This document shows, one piece after another, positions 63,811 to 64,000 of a stretch of 64,000 nucleotides of DNA. This DNA comes from Callorhinchus milii (Eukaryota). The stretch is taken from contig NW_024704743.1 of assembly GCF_018977255.1 (NCBI RefSeq), forward strand, positions 7,504,001 through 7,568,000, read 5' to 3'. The position numbers and the translations under genes are program-made. Within the stretch, counting starts at the first letter, position 1. Every line of letters begins with the position of its first letter. The notes under the pieces are model-generated. The model worked only from the letters and a program-made list of their open reading frames with translations. It was not told the origin of the DNA and made no database searches.

Positions 63811-64000
63811 TATATCTGCCATCAGGACAAATCAGCACTGCCGTATCGTGAACACTCTCAGTGCATTTTATGTACTTTAGCCTTCAATAATGTGACATTA
63901 ATTTGTAGCACTAAATGTAATATCATAACAGATTGACTTACGTCACCTATTCGTTTAATAATAGCCTTCAGCCATTCTGCCCCCGGTCTCTGGAACTCAA

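Noticed and set aside
26400..64000. Coding exons of a downstream gene such as SVIL
   Set aside because: I recognised no non-transposon protein similarity. Small exons could have been missed by eye.

Overview
Eukaryotic (vertebrate) genomic DNA, most likely a cartilaginous fish, possibly a holocephalan such as Callorhinchus. That assignment is inferred from the mix of Deu-domain SINEs, L2 and CR1 LINEs and shark-type Penelope termini. The only host gene I can support is a + strand JCAD/KIAA1462 (junctional cadherin 5-associated) homologue. It has a giant 4,067-bp internal coding exon (10332-14398), an 8.4-kb intron, a short terminal coding exon (22817-22851, ending DAYDPSKVETV*) and a probable long 3' UTR to about 26.35 kb. 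Its first coding exon is not in the window. The rest is intronic or intergenic DNA packed with decayed transposable elements: L2 and CR1 LINE fragments, two tRNA-headed SINE families that share the L2 3' stem-loop tail, hAT and Tc1/mariner MITEs with visible TIRs and TSDs, a Ginger2/KRBA2-like transposase relic, a Penelope terminus with a decayed minimal hammerhead ribozyme core, and one dispersed repeat family I cannot name. Several multi-level nested insertions can be reconstructed by eye. I found no clearly new biological system. The best leads are possible alternative JCAD C-termini, the hammerhead relic, the Ginger2 relic and the unidentified repeat. Family names come from recalled motifs, not database searches.
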